The position numbers were made by a program, and so were the translations under genes. A stretch of 64,000 bases of DNA from an uncultured Acidobacteriota bacterium (lineage in GTDB: Bacteria; Acidobacteriota; UBA6911). A model generated the notes under the pieces. The model had not been told where the DNA came from. It did no database searches and saw only the letters and a program-made list of their open reading frames with translations. Below are positions 43,569 to 51,871 of this stretch, piece after piece (the first letter of the stretch is position 1; each line of letters opens with the position of its first letter). The stretch covers positions 173,410 to 237,409 of the forward strand of contig CAWHCF010000029.1 of the NCBI GenBank assembly GCA_963827655.1, given 5' to 3'.

Positions 43569-43722
43569 AACGGTTTTTCTAGCCTGGGCCGGTGCGCCCG
43601 GCGATCATCAGGCGACTTCATCGTTCCCTTCGAGTCCGAGTGGTTTGTGCGCACCACCAAACACCCCGGCCGAACAAGAATAACCGCTCGAAGAATGAGC
43701 TTAACTGTAGGAGCGTTCCATC

Positions 43723-44004
43723 GTGGCAAACCATCCATCTGCCCTGAAGGCACATCGGCAGAGCCTGGCGCGAAAGCGCAGGAACAAGAGCAACCGAAGC
43801 CAGTTGCGCACGGCCCTCAAGAAGTTTTCGGCGCAGGCGAAGACTGGTAAGACTGACCAGGCTGCGGGCTCCATCGCCTCGCTGTACTCGATCGTAGACA
43901 AGGGAGTGAGGAAAGGGGTATTGAGCAAGAACGCCGCGGCACGACAAAAGTCGCGTCTCACGCGCCGTCTGAACCGGGCTGCGACAGAAGCCAAAAAAGC
44001 ATAG
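43723..44004 (+). CDS. rpsT: 30S ribosomal protein S20
   Basis: MANHPSA.K..RQ, S.LRT..KK and KNAAARQKSRL; GGAG RBS. Confidence 0.95.
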   Translation: MANHPSALKAHRQSLARKRRNKSNRSQLRTALKKFSAQAKTGKTDQAAGSIASLYSIVDKGVRKGVLSKNAAARQKSRLTRRLNRAATEAKKA

Positions 44005-44890
44005 CCTTCTGGGTGTGCAAGCGGTTTTCGGCCTGGTCGAATACGATCGAACCGCTGGAGTCCATGACTTCGGCTGCGACTTCGTCACCGCGATGGGCGG
44101 GAAGGCAGTGCATGAAGACCGCATCCGATTTTGCCTGGTGAAACAAGGGAGTCGAAACCTGGTACTCTTGAAAAATCAGCCGGCGCTTCTGCTCTTCGGC
44201 CTCTTGCCCCATTGAAGTCCAGACATCGGTATAGACCGCATCGGCGCCACGGACGGCCTGTGAGGGCTTACGGACCACCTCTATCCTGGCCTTCGTCTTG
44301 CGCGCGGCTTTCCTCGCCTCCTTTATGACTTCCGGATCCGGCTCATACCCGTCGGGACAGGCAATCGAGAAATAAGCTCCGAGCTTGGCGGCTCCCTCGA
44401 TCAGAGAGTTGGCGACGTTGTTTCCATCGCCCACATACGCCAGCTTCAATCCCCTCAGATCTCTTTTTTTCTCCAGCAGCGTGAAGTAGTCGGCTATCGC
44501 CTGGCACGGATGGAAGCGGTCACTGAGTCCATTGATCACCGGAACAGAGCCACAGCGCGCCATCTCTTCAACATCCTCCTGAGCATAGACTCGCGCGACC
44601 ATGCTATCGACAAAGCGGGACAGGACTCGTGCCGTGTCGCCAACGGTTTCGCCACGTCCAAGCTGGAGATCATTGGGCGCAAGATAGAGCGAGTTTCCCC
44701 CCATCTGATAGATGCCGGTTTCAAAGGACACGCGCGTCCGCGTTGAGGGCTTCTGGAAGATCATGGCGACGGTCTTCCCGCGTAGAACGCTGGCGTATCG
44801 CGCAGGGCGGGCCTTGATCCGGGCGGCTACCCTGAAGATATCCTGAATATCGCGAGTGCTTAACTCTGCCAGTGAAAGCAGGTGCCGCAT
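43958..44890 (-). CDS. argF: ornithine carbamoyltransferase
   Basis: STRTRVSF, HPCQ, SMG, HCLP and QAENRLH. Confidence 0.95.
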   Translation of the reverse strand: MRHLLSLAELSTRDIQDIFRVAARIKARPARYASVLRGKTVAMIFQKPSTRTRVSFETGIYQMGGNSLYLAPNDLQLGRGETVGDTARVLSRFVDSMVARVYAQEDVEEMARCGSVPVINGLSDRFHPCQAIADYFTLLEKKRDLRGLKLAYVGDGNNVANSLIEGAAKLGAYFSIACPDGYEPDPEVIKEARKAARKTKARIEVVRKPSQAVRGADAVYTDVWTSMGQEAEEQKRRLIFQEYQVSTPLFHQAKSDAVFMHCLPAHRGDEVAAEVMDSSGSIVFDQAENRLHTQKAMLFWLLSQPGSDGA

Positions 44891-44935
44891 GAACTCCTCC
44901 GTGGCTGTGGGCGATTTCTCTTCGACTCCGCCTGG

Positions 44936-45928
44936 CTACAATGCGCAGATCAAGTGTTCAAAGATGAGGCGTTTTTCGACGCCGGAAGATTTCAGTTTAA
45001 AGTCAGCGCTTGCCAGACCAGCATACATTCTTTCAGCCACGCGCTCATCGATCGCGCGAGCCTGACGAATAAACCCGTCCAGTGCGTAGGGGTGGATTTG
45101 AGCGGCCGTGCCGATCTCGCGCGAGTTGCGGCCTTGATTCAGAAGTTCCTTGGCAATCAGGATTTGTCGAAAATGCCGGGCCAGCATCGCCGTTATGTAC
45201 TGAGCGTTTTCGCCGGAAGCCAGAAGATTTCCCAGCAGCCGCAGGGCCTTCTTGCGGTCTCGCCTTCCCAGGGCGTCGGTCAGTTCGAAGATGCTGTGAT
45301 GACGGCTGGCGCCAATGGAATCATCGACAGCGGAATCGGGTATGGTCTTCTGATCCGCGCAGTAGATCAGCAGTTTCTCAGTCTCGTTTGCCAGCGACTG
45401 AAGATCGGAGCCGGCCAGGTCCACCAATTTCCTGATCGACTCGGATGAGATTCGGTATCCGCGGGTGCGAATCAAGTCTTGCGCCCACCGTTCGAGCGCG
45501 AAACCCTTGAGCTTGGGAAACTCCACGACGCAGGTTTTCTCTTCCAGAGTTTTATAGAAGCTTGTCCGCTGATCCAGGTTTTCGGCAACCAGAACCAGCA
45601 CACTCCGGTCGGAGGGTCGGCGGACATAAGCCCCGAGGCGTTCCTGCTCGGGCTTATCCAGGGCGTCAATCTCGCTGACGACGACCATTCGCCTGGGTGC
45701 CATCATCGGGAATGTATTCAGAATATCCAGGCTCTCCCCTAAGGACCCGCTGGTGGCCGCGAACTCGGCGTAATTGAACACGACCGCTTCAGACGTGAGA
45801 GTAGCTTCTTTCAGTAGCTTGAGGGCGCGATTGCGCAAATACTCTTCGGGTCCCAGCAGAAGATAGACCGGACGCACTTGCTTTCGTCGCAATTCTGTTT
45901 CCAGCTCATCTGGCGTCATGAGACTCAT
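44936..45928 (-). CDS. holA: DNA polymerase III delta subunit
   Basis: PVYLLLGPEEYL, EKL..Y and IFELTDA; lies downstream of lptE. Confidence 0.9.
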   Translation of the reverse strand: MSLMTPDELETELRRKQVRPVYLLLGPEEYLRNRALKLLKEATLTSEAVVFNYAEFAATSGSLGESLDILNTFPMMAPRRMVVVSEIDALDKPEQERLGAYVRRPSDRSVLVLVAENLDQRTSFYKTLEEKTCVVEFPKLKGFALERWAQDLIRTRGYRISSESIRKLVDLAGSDLQSLANETEKLLIYCADQKTIPDSAVDDSIGASRHHSIFELTDALGRRDRKKALRLLGNLLASGENAQYITAMLARHFRQILIAKELLNQGRNSREIGTAAQIHPYALDGFIRQARAIDERVAERMYAGLASADFKLKSSGVEKRLIFEHLICAL

Positions 45929-45929
45929 T

Positions 45930-45958
45930 GTTTGACTCTTCGTCTCTTGGTGGTTAGC
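45930..45958. repeat. 9-nt-period repeat family, single arm
   Basis: ctcttcgtctcttggtggttag. Confidence 0.65.
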
Positions 45959-45998
45959 GCCAACAGCAGAAGCTAACGCTGGAACGCGAATACCAAGG

Positions 45999-46616
45999 TC
46001 AATGACTCAAGAGTGTGCTTGCCAGGCTGGCGGCGAAGTCGCGCGCCAGCCGCTCCAGGGCCGGGTTTTCCTCGGAGAAGAAATCGGTAATCTTGGCGTT
46101 GAGGACGTAGCGCTCGCTGTAGACGTAATTGGGGTTTTCCCAGAGAACGGCGCCGTCTCTCACGCGCGTGAGTTTCACGGCCATGTGAACTGTGACCAGG
46201 AACGCCGATCCGAAGGTGTCCAATCCGAAGGTGACCGGACTCGAACTGAACCCCCTGATTTCACCCGCTAGCACCGCATCGACCCCCGACGAATTGGAAT
46301 TGATGGGAATCCGCGTGCGGGCGGAGAATTCCTTTAAAACGGCGCGGGTAATCTGCTGTTCCACTTTGTATTGGTGCGTGGCATTGCCGAAAGTGGGAAT
46401 TCCCAGAGACTCGACTCCACCGGGCAGATTTTGAACCGAGCTGCGCACCTGATATCCACAGCCGGTCAGCACCAGGAAAACCAGCGCGGCCACGCTCGGA
46501 AGCAGCCGGGGTGCGGGCGCGTGTCTTCGTGTCTTCGCTTCTCCGTGGTTAGTGCGGCGTCGCAAAAACACCCACCAAGTCTCAACGACTCGAGGAAACA
46601 CCAAGAACCTTGTCAT
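45999..46616 (-). CDS. lptE: LPS assembly lipoprotein LptE (start uncertain)
   Basis: LTGCGY lipobox, IPTF.N.T and a C-terminal A..RLA.DFA; lptE-holA synteny. Confidence 0.8.
   Translation of the reverse strand: MTRFLVFPRVVETWWVFLRRRTNHGEAKTRRHAPAPRLLPSVAALVFLVLTGCGYQVRSSVQNLPGGVESLGIPTFGNATHQYKVEQQITRAVLKEFSARTRIPINSNSSGVDAVLAGEIRGFSSSPVTFGLDTFGSAFLVTVHMAVKLTRVRDGAVLWENPNYVYSERYVLNAKITDFFSEENPALERLARDFAASLASTLLSH
46520..46608. repeat. 9-nt-period repeat family, inverted pair
   Basis: gtgtcttcgtgtcttcgcttctccgtggttag ... cccaccaagtctcaacgactcgaggaaacaccaag. Confidence 0.75.
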
Positions 46617-46635
46617 ACCGGTCCCGTATGATGGT

Positions 46636-47190
46636 CTAAACCCGCGCAGGCTGGATCCGATCTTGAGCTTGATACTTACCCTTTCGGTCGCCGTAGGAAC
46701 TGGCGCATTCGCTCTCGGCACGGATGAAGATTATCTGGGCAACTCCCTCGCCGGAGTAAACCTTCAATGGAAGCGGCGAGGTGTTAACCAGGGATATAGT
46801 TACATAACCCTCCCACTCGGGTTCAAAAGGAGTGACGTTCACCAGAAGACCACAGCGGGCATAGGTAGATTTTCCCTGACACAACACCAGAACGTCGCGC
46901 GGGATTCTGAAGTATTCGAGGGACCGCCCCAACACAAAGGAGTTTCCGGGAATGTGGCAGGAATTGCTCGTGACATCCCTGAACCGAACTCGATCCATCT
47001 TTTTGGGATCCAGATATTTCAAGCCGCTGAATTCCGGAATCTTATAGGCGTCGGCCAATCGGAAGTCGTATCCATAGGAACTGACTCCGAAAGAAATTTT
47101 TCCGGGTCGCATCCGGTTTTCAGCGTATGGCTCAATCATCGCGTGTGTTTTAGCCATTTCTTCGATCCAGTGATCCGGTAAGACGCTCAT
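46636..47190 (-). CDS. dcd: dCTP deaminase
   Basis: SFGVSSYGYD, GKSTYARCG..VNVTPFEPEWEG and Y.DRKGKYQ. Confidence 0.95.
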   Translation of the reverse strand: MSVLPDHWIEEMAKTHAMIEPYAENRMRPGKISFGVSSYGYDFRLADAYKIPEFSGLKYLDPKKMDRVRFRDVTSNSCHIPGNSFVLGRSLEYFRIPRDVLVLCQGKSTYARCGLLVNVTPFEPEWEGYVTISLVNTSPLPLKVYSGEGVAQIIFIRAESECASSYGDRKGKYQAQDRIQPARV

Positions 47191-47278
47191 CGCTCTCTCC
47201 AGGCAAAAAGCGGTGCTCTCGAGGTTGGAAGGCCGGGAAGTCTAGCACCCTGGCTCTAACCCTGTAAACAGAAATGGC

Positions 47279-47307
47279 TTGACAGCCATGGCGGCCACAA
47301 ATAATAT
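47279..47307 (+). promoter_or_regulatory. sigma70-like promoter for the HU/IHF gene
   Basis: TTGACA-17 nt-TAATAT. Confidence 0.6.
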
Positions 47308-47335
47308 CGCTGCTTCAACTTATGGAGGGTTCAGC

Positions 47336-47611
47336 GTGATCAAACAGGACATCGTGAATCGTGTCGCTGAGCAGTTGAACATTACGAAGGTCAGGGCAGA
47401 GGTAGCGGTGGAGTCAGTGTTTACTTCGCTCAAGAATGCGCTGAAACGAGGAGAAAGAATCGAACTTAGAGGATTCGGGGTTTTCATAGTGAAGCCACGT
47501 AAAAGCGGCGTTGGAAGGAATCCTCGAACTGGAGAGGAAGTCGCTATTCCTCCCGGGAAAACCATTCGATTCAAACCCGGCAAAGAGATTCGCGCGGACA
47601 AGATTGTTTAG
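47336..47611 (+). CDS. HU/IHF family DNA-binding protein
   Basis: IELRGFGVF, GRNPRTGEEV.I and FKPGK; GGAGG RBS before the GTG. Confidence 0.94.
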   Translation: MIKQDIVNRVAEQLNITKVRAEVAVESVFTSLKNALKRGERIELRGFGVFIVKPRKSGVGRNPRTGEEVAIPPGKTIRFKPGKEIRADKIV

Positions 47612-47669
47612 GAATCCATCAACCGGTCTCGCCAGAACTCATCTATCCCTACAAAGTCCCATAAGTACA

Positions 47670-48653
47670 GTGAGGAATGATCTTTCAGACTCCTACCCAC
47701 GCCCGGTAACTGAGTGGCCGGTTGAATCTACGCCTCCCCTCGCTGAACCTGTTCTGCAGGCGCCCGGATGGCGGGAATGGGTGCTTCCCGCCATCCTCTT
47801 CATCGCCACGTTTTTCAGCACGACTTTCGCGGGACTCTGGTATGCGGGATACGGCGACGGCGGGTTTTTTTCTACCGCGCTGGCAGCAGCAACTCAACCC
47901 ACGATTCTATTGTACGGACTCCCGTTCTCGTTTACGTTCCTGACCATTCTTTTAGCTCACGAGATGGGACACTTCCTGGCCTGCAAATACTACGGAATAC
48001 GCTGCACGCCGCCGTTTTTCATTCCGGTCCCGGTTTCGATCGCCGGAACGCTGGGCGCTTTCATCAAGATCAAATCGCCCTTTCAGCACAAGCGGGCTCT
48101 GTTCGACGTCGGAGTGGCCGGTCCGCTTGCGGGATTCGTATTCATTCTTCCGGCCCTGGCGATCGGGGTGGCATACTCCCGCCTCATTCCCAAGGGCAGC
48201 TTGCAAAATGGATTGAATTTCGGCGAGCCGCTGCTTTTCCGCTGGATGAGTAAAATGATCCTGGGTTATTCACCCGCCGTGGAAGACATGATCGCCCATC
48301 CGATCGCGATGGCAGCCTGGTTTGGTCTTCTTGCGACCTGCCTTAATCTCTTTCCAATCTGGCAGCTGGACGGTGGTCACATGGCATATGCGGTACTGGG
48401 TCGCCGCTTCCAGAAGAAGCTCTCCATTGTAGGCGCGATAGCCCTGGTCTTGATCAGTTTTGTCGGATGGCCTTTCCCCGCCTATCTCGTCTTCGGAATG
48501 CTCTTGCTTATCCTCGGCTCCCGTTTCCGCTTCTACCATCCTCCGACGCTCTATGACGAAGAAAGCGTCGGCACCGGGAGAGTGCTGGTTTGTATTCTGG
48601 CGCTTCTGATTCTGATTGTCTCCTTCACCCCGGTTCCCTTCTCGGTTTCTTAG
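47670..48653 (+). CDS. site-2 protease (M50) family metalloprotease; start uncertain
   Basis: HEMGH, AGPLAG and NLFPIWQLDGGH. Confidence 0.9.
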   Translation: MRNDLSDSYPRPVTEWPVESTPPLAEPVLQAPGWREWVLPAILFIATFFSTTFAGLWYAGYGDGGFFSTALAAATQPTILLYGLPFSFTFLTILLAHEMGHFLACKYYGIRCTPPFFIPVPVSIAGTLGAFIKIKSPFQHKRALFDVGVAGPLAGFVFILPALAIGVAYSRLIPKGSLQNGLNFGEPLLFRWMSKMILGYSPAVEDMIAHPIAMAAWFGLLATCLNLFPIWQLDGGHMAYAVLGRRFQKKLSIVGAIALVLISFVGWPFPAYLVFGMLLLILGSRFRFYHPPTLYDEESVGTGRVLVCILALLILIVSFTPVPFSVS

Positions 48654-48754
48654 GGGTTCGATGCACGCTCCCCGTTGATGACAGAACCGTGGCCAGGTCA
48701 CCGTCTATTTTGTGCTTTCGCGGCGGAATTTCGCCTGGTTGGAGATGGATCGTA

Positions 48755-48783
48755 TTGACAGATTCGAGCGCGTTGATGATAAT
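48755..48783 (+). promoter_or_regulatory. sigma70-like promoter for tRNA-Ala
   Basis: TTGACA-17 nt-GATAAT. Confidence 0.65.
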
Positions 48784-48816
48784 TTTCGGTCGATTCTGCG
48801 AGGCAGACTAAGAAGT

Positions 48817-48892
<76 letters not shown>

Positions 48893-48904
48893 ATCTTTAT
48901 CCCC

Positions 48905-48935
48905 TGCCCGTCTGCTTGGTGTCTTTGTGGTTAGT
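48905..48935. repeat. 9-nt-period repeat family, single arm
   Basis: cttggtgtctttgtggttag. Confidence 0.65.
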
Positions 48936-48992
48936 GTCGCCTGAACAGAGAACTCTGATCAAACCGCCTTTGATCCTGAAACCGACTTCGAA

Positions 48993-49614
48993 CTACAGTA
49001 CTGGAGGGCGGAAGACGCAGACTGCGAAGGCCTGAGACCGGGCTTGCCGTCCCGACTGGTCTCGAGCAGGAGCGAATTTCCACGCGCGCACAGCTTTCGT
49101 GCAAGGGTCGGTCAGGCCCTCCTGCCGATTTAACTCCGTTAACATCGGATACGTTTCCAGAGTCGTCGATTTCGAGGCGTAAGATCACACTTCCCTGTCC
49201 GATCACGTTTGCCGGATACACGGGTTCAACCACGTGCCGGGGCAACGCCACGTCGCTCGGACCGTGCGACTTTCGAAGGACCGGTGAGTTCGGACCGAGG
49301 GCGAACAGGCCAGGATTTCGGAAGTTTAGCACCACCGGAATACGTTCGGTGACCTTGCCGGGCTTAAAGCGCCAGCTTCGGAGCGCGTCACGCGCGGAGG
49401 TCGCGAAGGGCTCTTCTCCCGCAAGGATTTCCACTTGCGTAACAGAGCCCGCGATAACCTGAAGCGCAGCTACGACGGTTCCGCCCGCGACCGCGTCTGG
49501 CGGATAGACCGGTCCAGTGACCGAGATGGGATCCCCAGCGGCAAAAACTCCCAGCGCGGTAGCGAGCAGAAATGTCATGACGAAGAGCGTAACCGGTGCG
49601 CCAGAATGATTCAA
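48993..49614 (-). CDS. exported protein with two TonB C-terminal-like domains (apparent frameshift near 49118)
   Basis: two P.YP...G.V units with WRFKP and WKFAP; the shifted frame ends ...AFAVCVFRPPVL*. Confidence 0.7.
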
Positions 49615-49694
49615 GACGATACGCGCGGGAATACACCCGGGCTCGCGCGGGTTTACAAATGGAGCGCGAGGTGTTAAAAGAAATCACGCTGGTC

Positions 49695-49770
49695 GGGCGC
49701 CTAGCTCAGCTGGTAGAGCACTGCGATCACACCGCAGGGGTCACAGGTTCGAGTCCTGTGGCGCCCACCA
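49695..49770 (+). tRNA. tRNA-Val (anticodon CAC)
   Basis: 76-nt cloverleaf with GGGCGCC/GGCGCCC acceptor stem, anticodon loop ATCACAC, GGTTCGAGTCC and CCA. Confidence 0.95.
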
Positions 49771-49844
49771 CCTGCCGATCGATCCATACCCAGCAGCTGG
49801 ACGAATGGATGTGTAGCGTCCCCACGGCGTCGGGGACATCGCTT

Positions 49845-50768
49845 TCAACTCGTGACCGGATCAGGAAACCGATAGCGGGCGACGATGACGGTCACGTTAT
49901 CTCTACCGCCACGTTGCAGGGCGAGTTCGACGAGCGTGCGGCAATCCTCCTTGGCTCCTCCATTTCGCTGGAGCACGCTCGCAATCAGATCGTCCGTGAT
50001 CATTTCGGTCAGGCCGTCCGTGCATAGCAACAGGCAGTCACCGTCGGCCAGCTGAAGCCGCTGCACCTCCGCCTTGAGGTCCTGGCCGTGCCCGCCGAGG
50101 GCCTGGGTCAGGATGTGGCGCAGCGGGTGGGCCGCGGCCCCCGCTGGTGTGATGTGTCCCAGGTCCAGCAGTGTCTGTACAAGCGTATGATCCCGGGTGA
50201 GCCGTTGCAATTCGCCCTTCCGGTACAGGTAGGCGCGCGAATCCCCGACCTGCACGACAAAGAGGTCGGCTCCCAGACTGTAGGCGAGGGTCATCGTAGT
50301 CCCCATGCCGGACAGCGTCCGATCCTCGCTGGCCCGGCGGGCGATTTCGGCATCGACCCTGCGGTAGTACCGAGCCGCCCGCTTCATTGTCTCTTGCGCC
50401 CGGGCGTCGTCGACCCGAAGGATCCAGTCCGGAACCTGGAGCACCAGATTCACCAGCGTGCTGATGGCCAGCCGGCTCGCCAGTTCGCCGCCTTCTGCGC
50501 CACCGATACCGTCGGCGACCACAAAACCATAGCCCGCCTCCTCGGACCGGCCCGGTGCCTCCCCTTCCGGCAGGCTGGTCAGCAGCACGTCCAGATAGCG
50601 ACCTAACCGGGCGACCAGGTAGTGATCCTCATTGGCGGCGCGAACTTTTCCCCTATCGGAAAGGGCGGCGACGTCAACTCGAACCAGCGACGAGAATGGA
50701 CGAGCCGGCGCGGTTACCCCACTCTGGACCGGGAAGTCGCCGGTATCGGCGTTTGGGTCAACAGACAC
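49845..50768 (-). CDS. PP2C-family Ser/Thr protein phosphatase
   Basis: G.VR..NED, VADGIGG, MGTT, VGDSRAY, CTDGL and GGRDNVT. Confidence 0.93.
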   Translation of the reverse strand: MSVDPNADTGDFPVQSGVTAPARPFSSLVRVDVAALSDRGKVRAANEDHYLVARLGRYLDVLLTSLPEGEAPGRSEEAGYGFVVADGIGGAEGGELASRLAISTLVNLVLQVPDWILRVDDARAQETMKRAARYYRRVDAEIARRASEDRTLSGMGTTMTLAYSLGADLFVVQVGDSRAYLYRKGELQRLTRDHTLVQTLLDLGHITPAGAAAHPLRHILTQALGGHGQDLKAEVQRLQLADGDCLLLCTDGLTEMITDDLIASVLQRNGGAKEDCRTLVELALQRGGRDNVTVIVARYRFPDPVTS

Positions 50769-51047
50769 TAAGCGTTTCCTTTCACCTGGACGCGATGTCC
50801 TGGCCAGGCCGCGGAAGGCCGAGGCGGTTCAGCCGGTTACTGCTGCCAATTGTGTGCGCGTACGTTCGTTCGGCGAATTCAAAACGAATCGTCGGGATCG
50901 CGTTAGATCGAGTTACCGGCACTCAGGCCGTGATGACTGCGTCGAGGCCCTCGTCGAACGGTAGCGAGTCGGTGGAGACGTCGATTCGAATCCGCCCCCG
51001 CTCCCAGGGCGTTCTCCGCGGCGAGCGGCGATAACACCGGGCGCCGA

Positions 51048-51499
51048 CTACTTCAATGCGCCGGCCAACAGCGAAGCCACATCCGCGCCTCCCTTGGATC
51101 CTACAAATTGCGTAAGCAGAGGCACGAATTTACCGACCATGTCAGGTGAGAGGCCAAGCTTTTGGAAAGACCGGCGACCGCAGCGCCGGCAGGGCGCTCC
51201 AGCCGGAGGCCGCCCGCCGAAGGCGCAGCCTTCAGCAGTCCGTCCATACCCGGCACCGCTGCCGCCACCTGGCTGAATTGATCAGGTTTAAGCCGGCTTT
51301 TCGCAAGGCCGAAGAGTGCACCCGCTCCCCCAGTTGCTTGCTTCGGAGTGACGTTGAGATCCTTGGTGAGCATGCCTACCAACTCCGGGCTCGGAGTCTT
51401 CTCTAGCGTCATGGCAGGAGCCTGACCCATGGCGGCCGGCACAGACGACGCGAAAACGCACGGCACGAAAAGGACACTCCTAAGTCCGCTCACAATCAT
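51048..51499 (-). CDS. DUF2780-like exported protein (frameshifted near 51170-51215)
   Basis: L.VT.KQA.GGAGALF..AK..L...F..V...VPGMD.LL; the shifted frame ends FQKLGLSPDMVGKFVP...LLAGALK*. Confidence 0.7.
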
Positions 51500-51871
51500 G
51501 TGTTCCTCCCTACAGATTCAACAGAACCAACTCCGTAACGGTTTCCGACCACTTCCGGTCCCCTTCATCACGTCCTGGCCGCTCATCCGCCGGAACTTCG
51601 CCCCCGATTTGTTCCTCCTGTTTCGTTTCCTCCCCGTTTGCGTTATCGGCGGCTACCAGTACGACTAGTTGATGCAAACAGGTTCGAGTCTACACCAATC
51701 ATGACAGTCGGGTCCTCTGAAATAGCCACCGGGAACGCTGGGGAAGCAGGGTTGAGATCACATCTTTATTCCATTGATCCTTCGAACGAATCGTGACGAA
51801 GCTTTGCCACGCAATCGGAACGAAATAATCTCCGCGTGGGGCGTAGCATCCAGGTTCGTAGGGCCGATTCG

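Noticed and set aside
51500-51870. Short ORFs between the DUF2780-like gene and the TonB-dependent receptor
   Set aside because: No convincing RBS or family motif, so a gene call cannot be supported.
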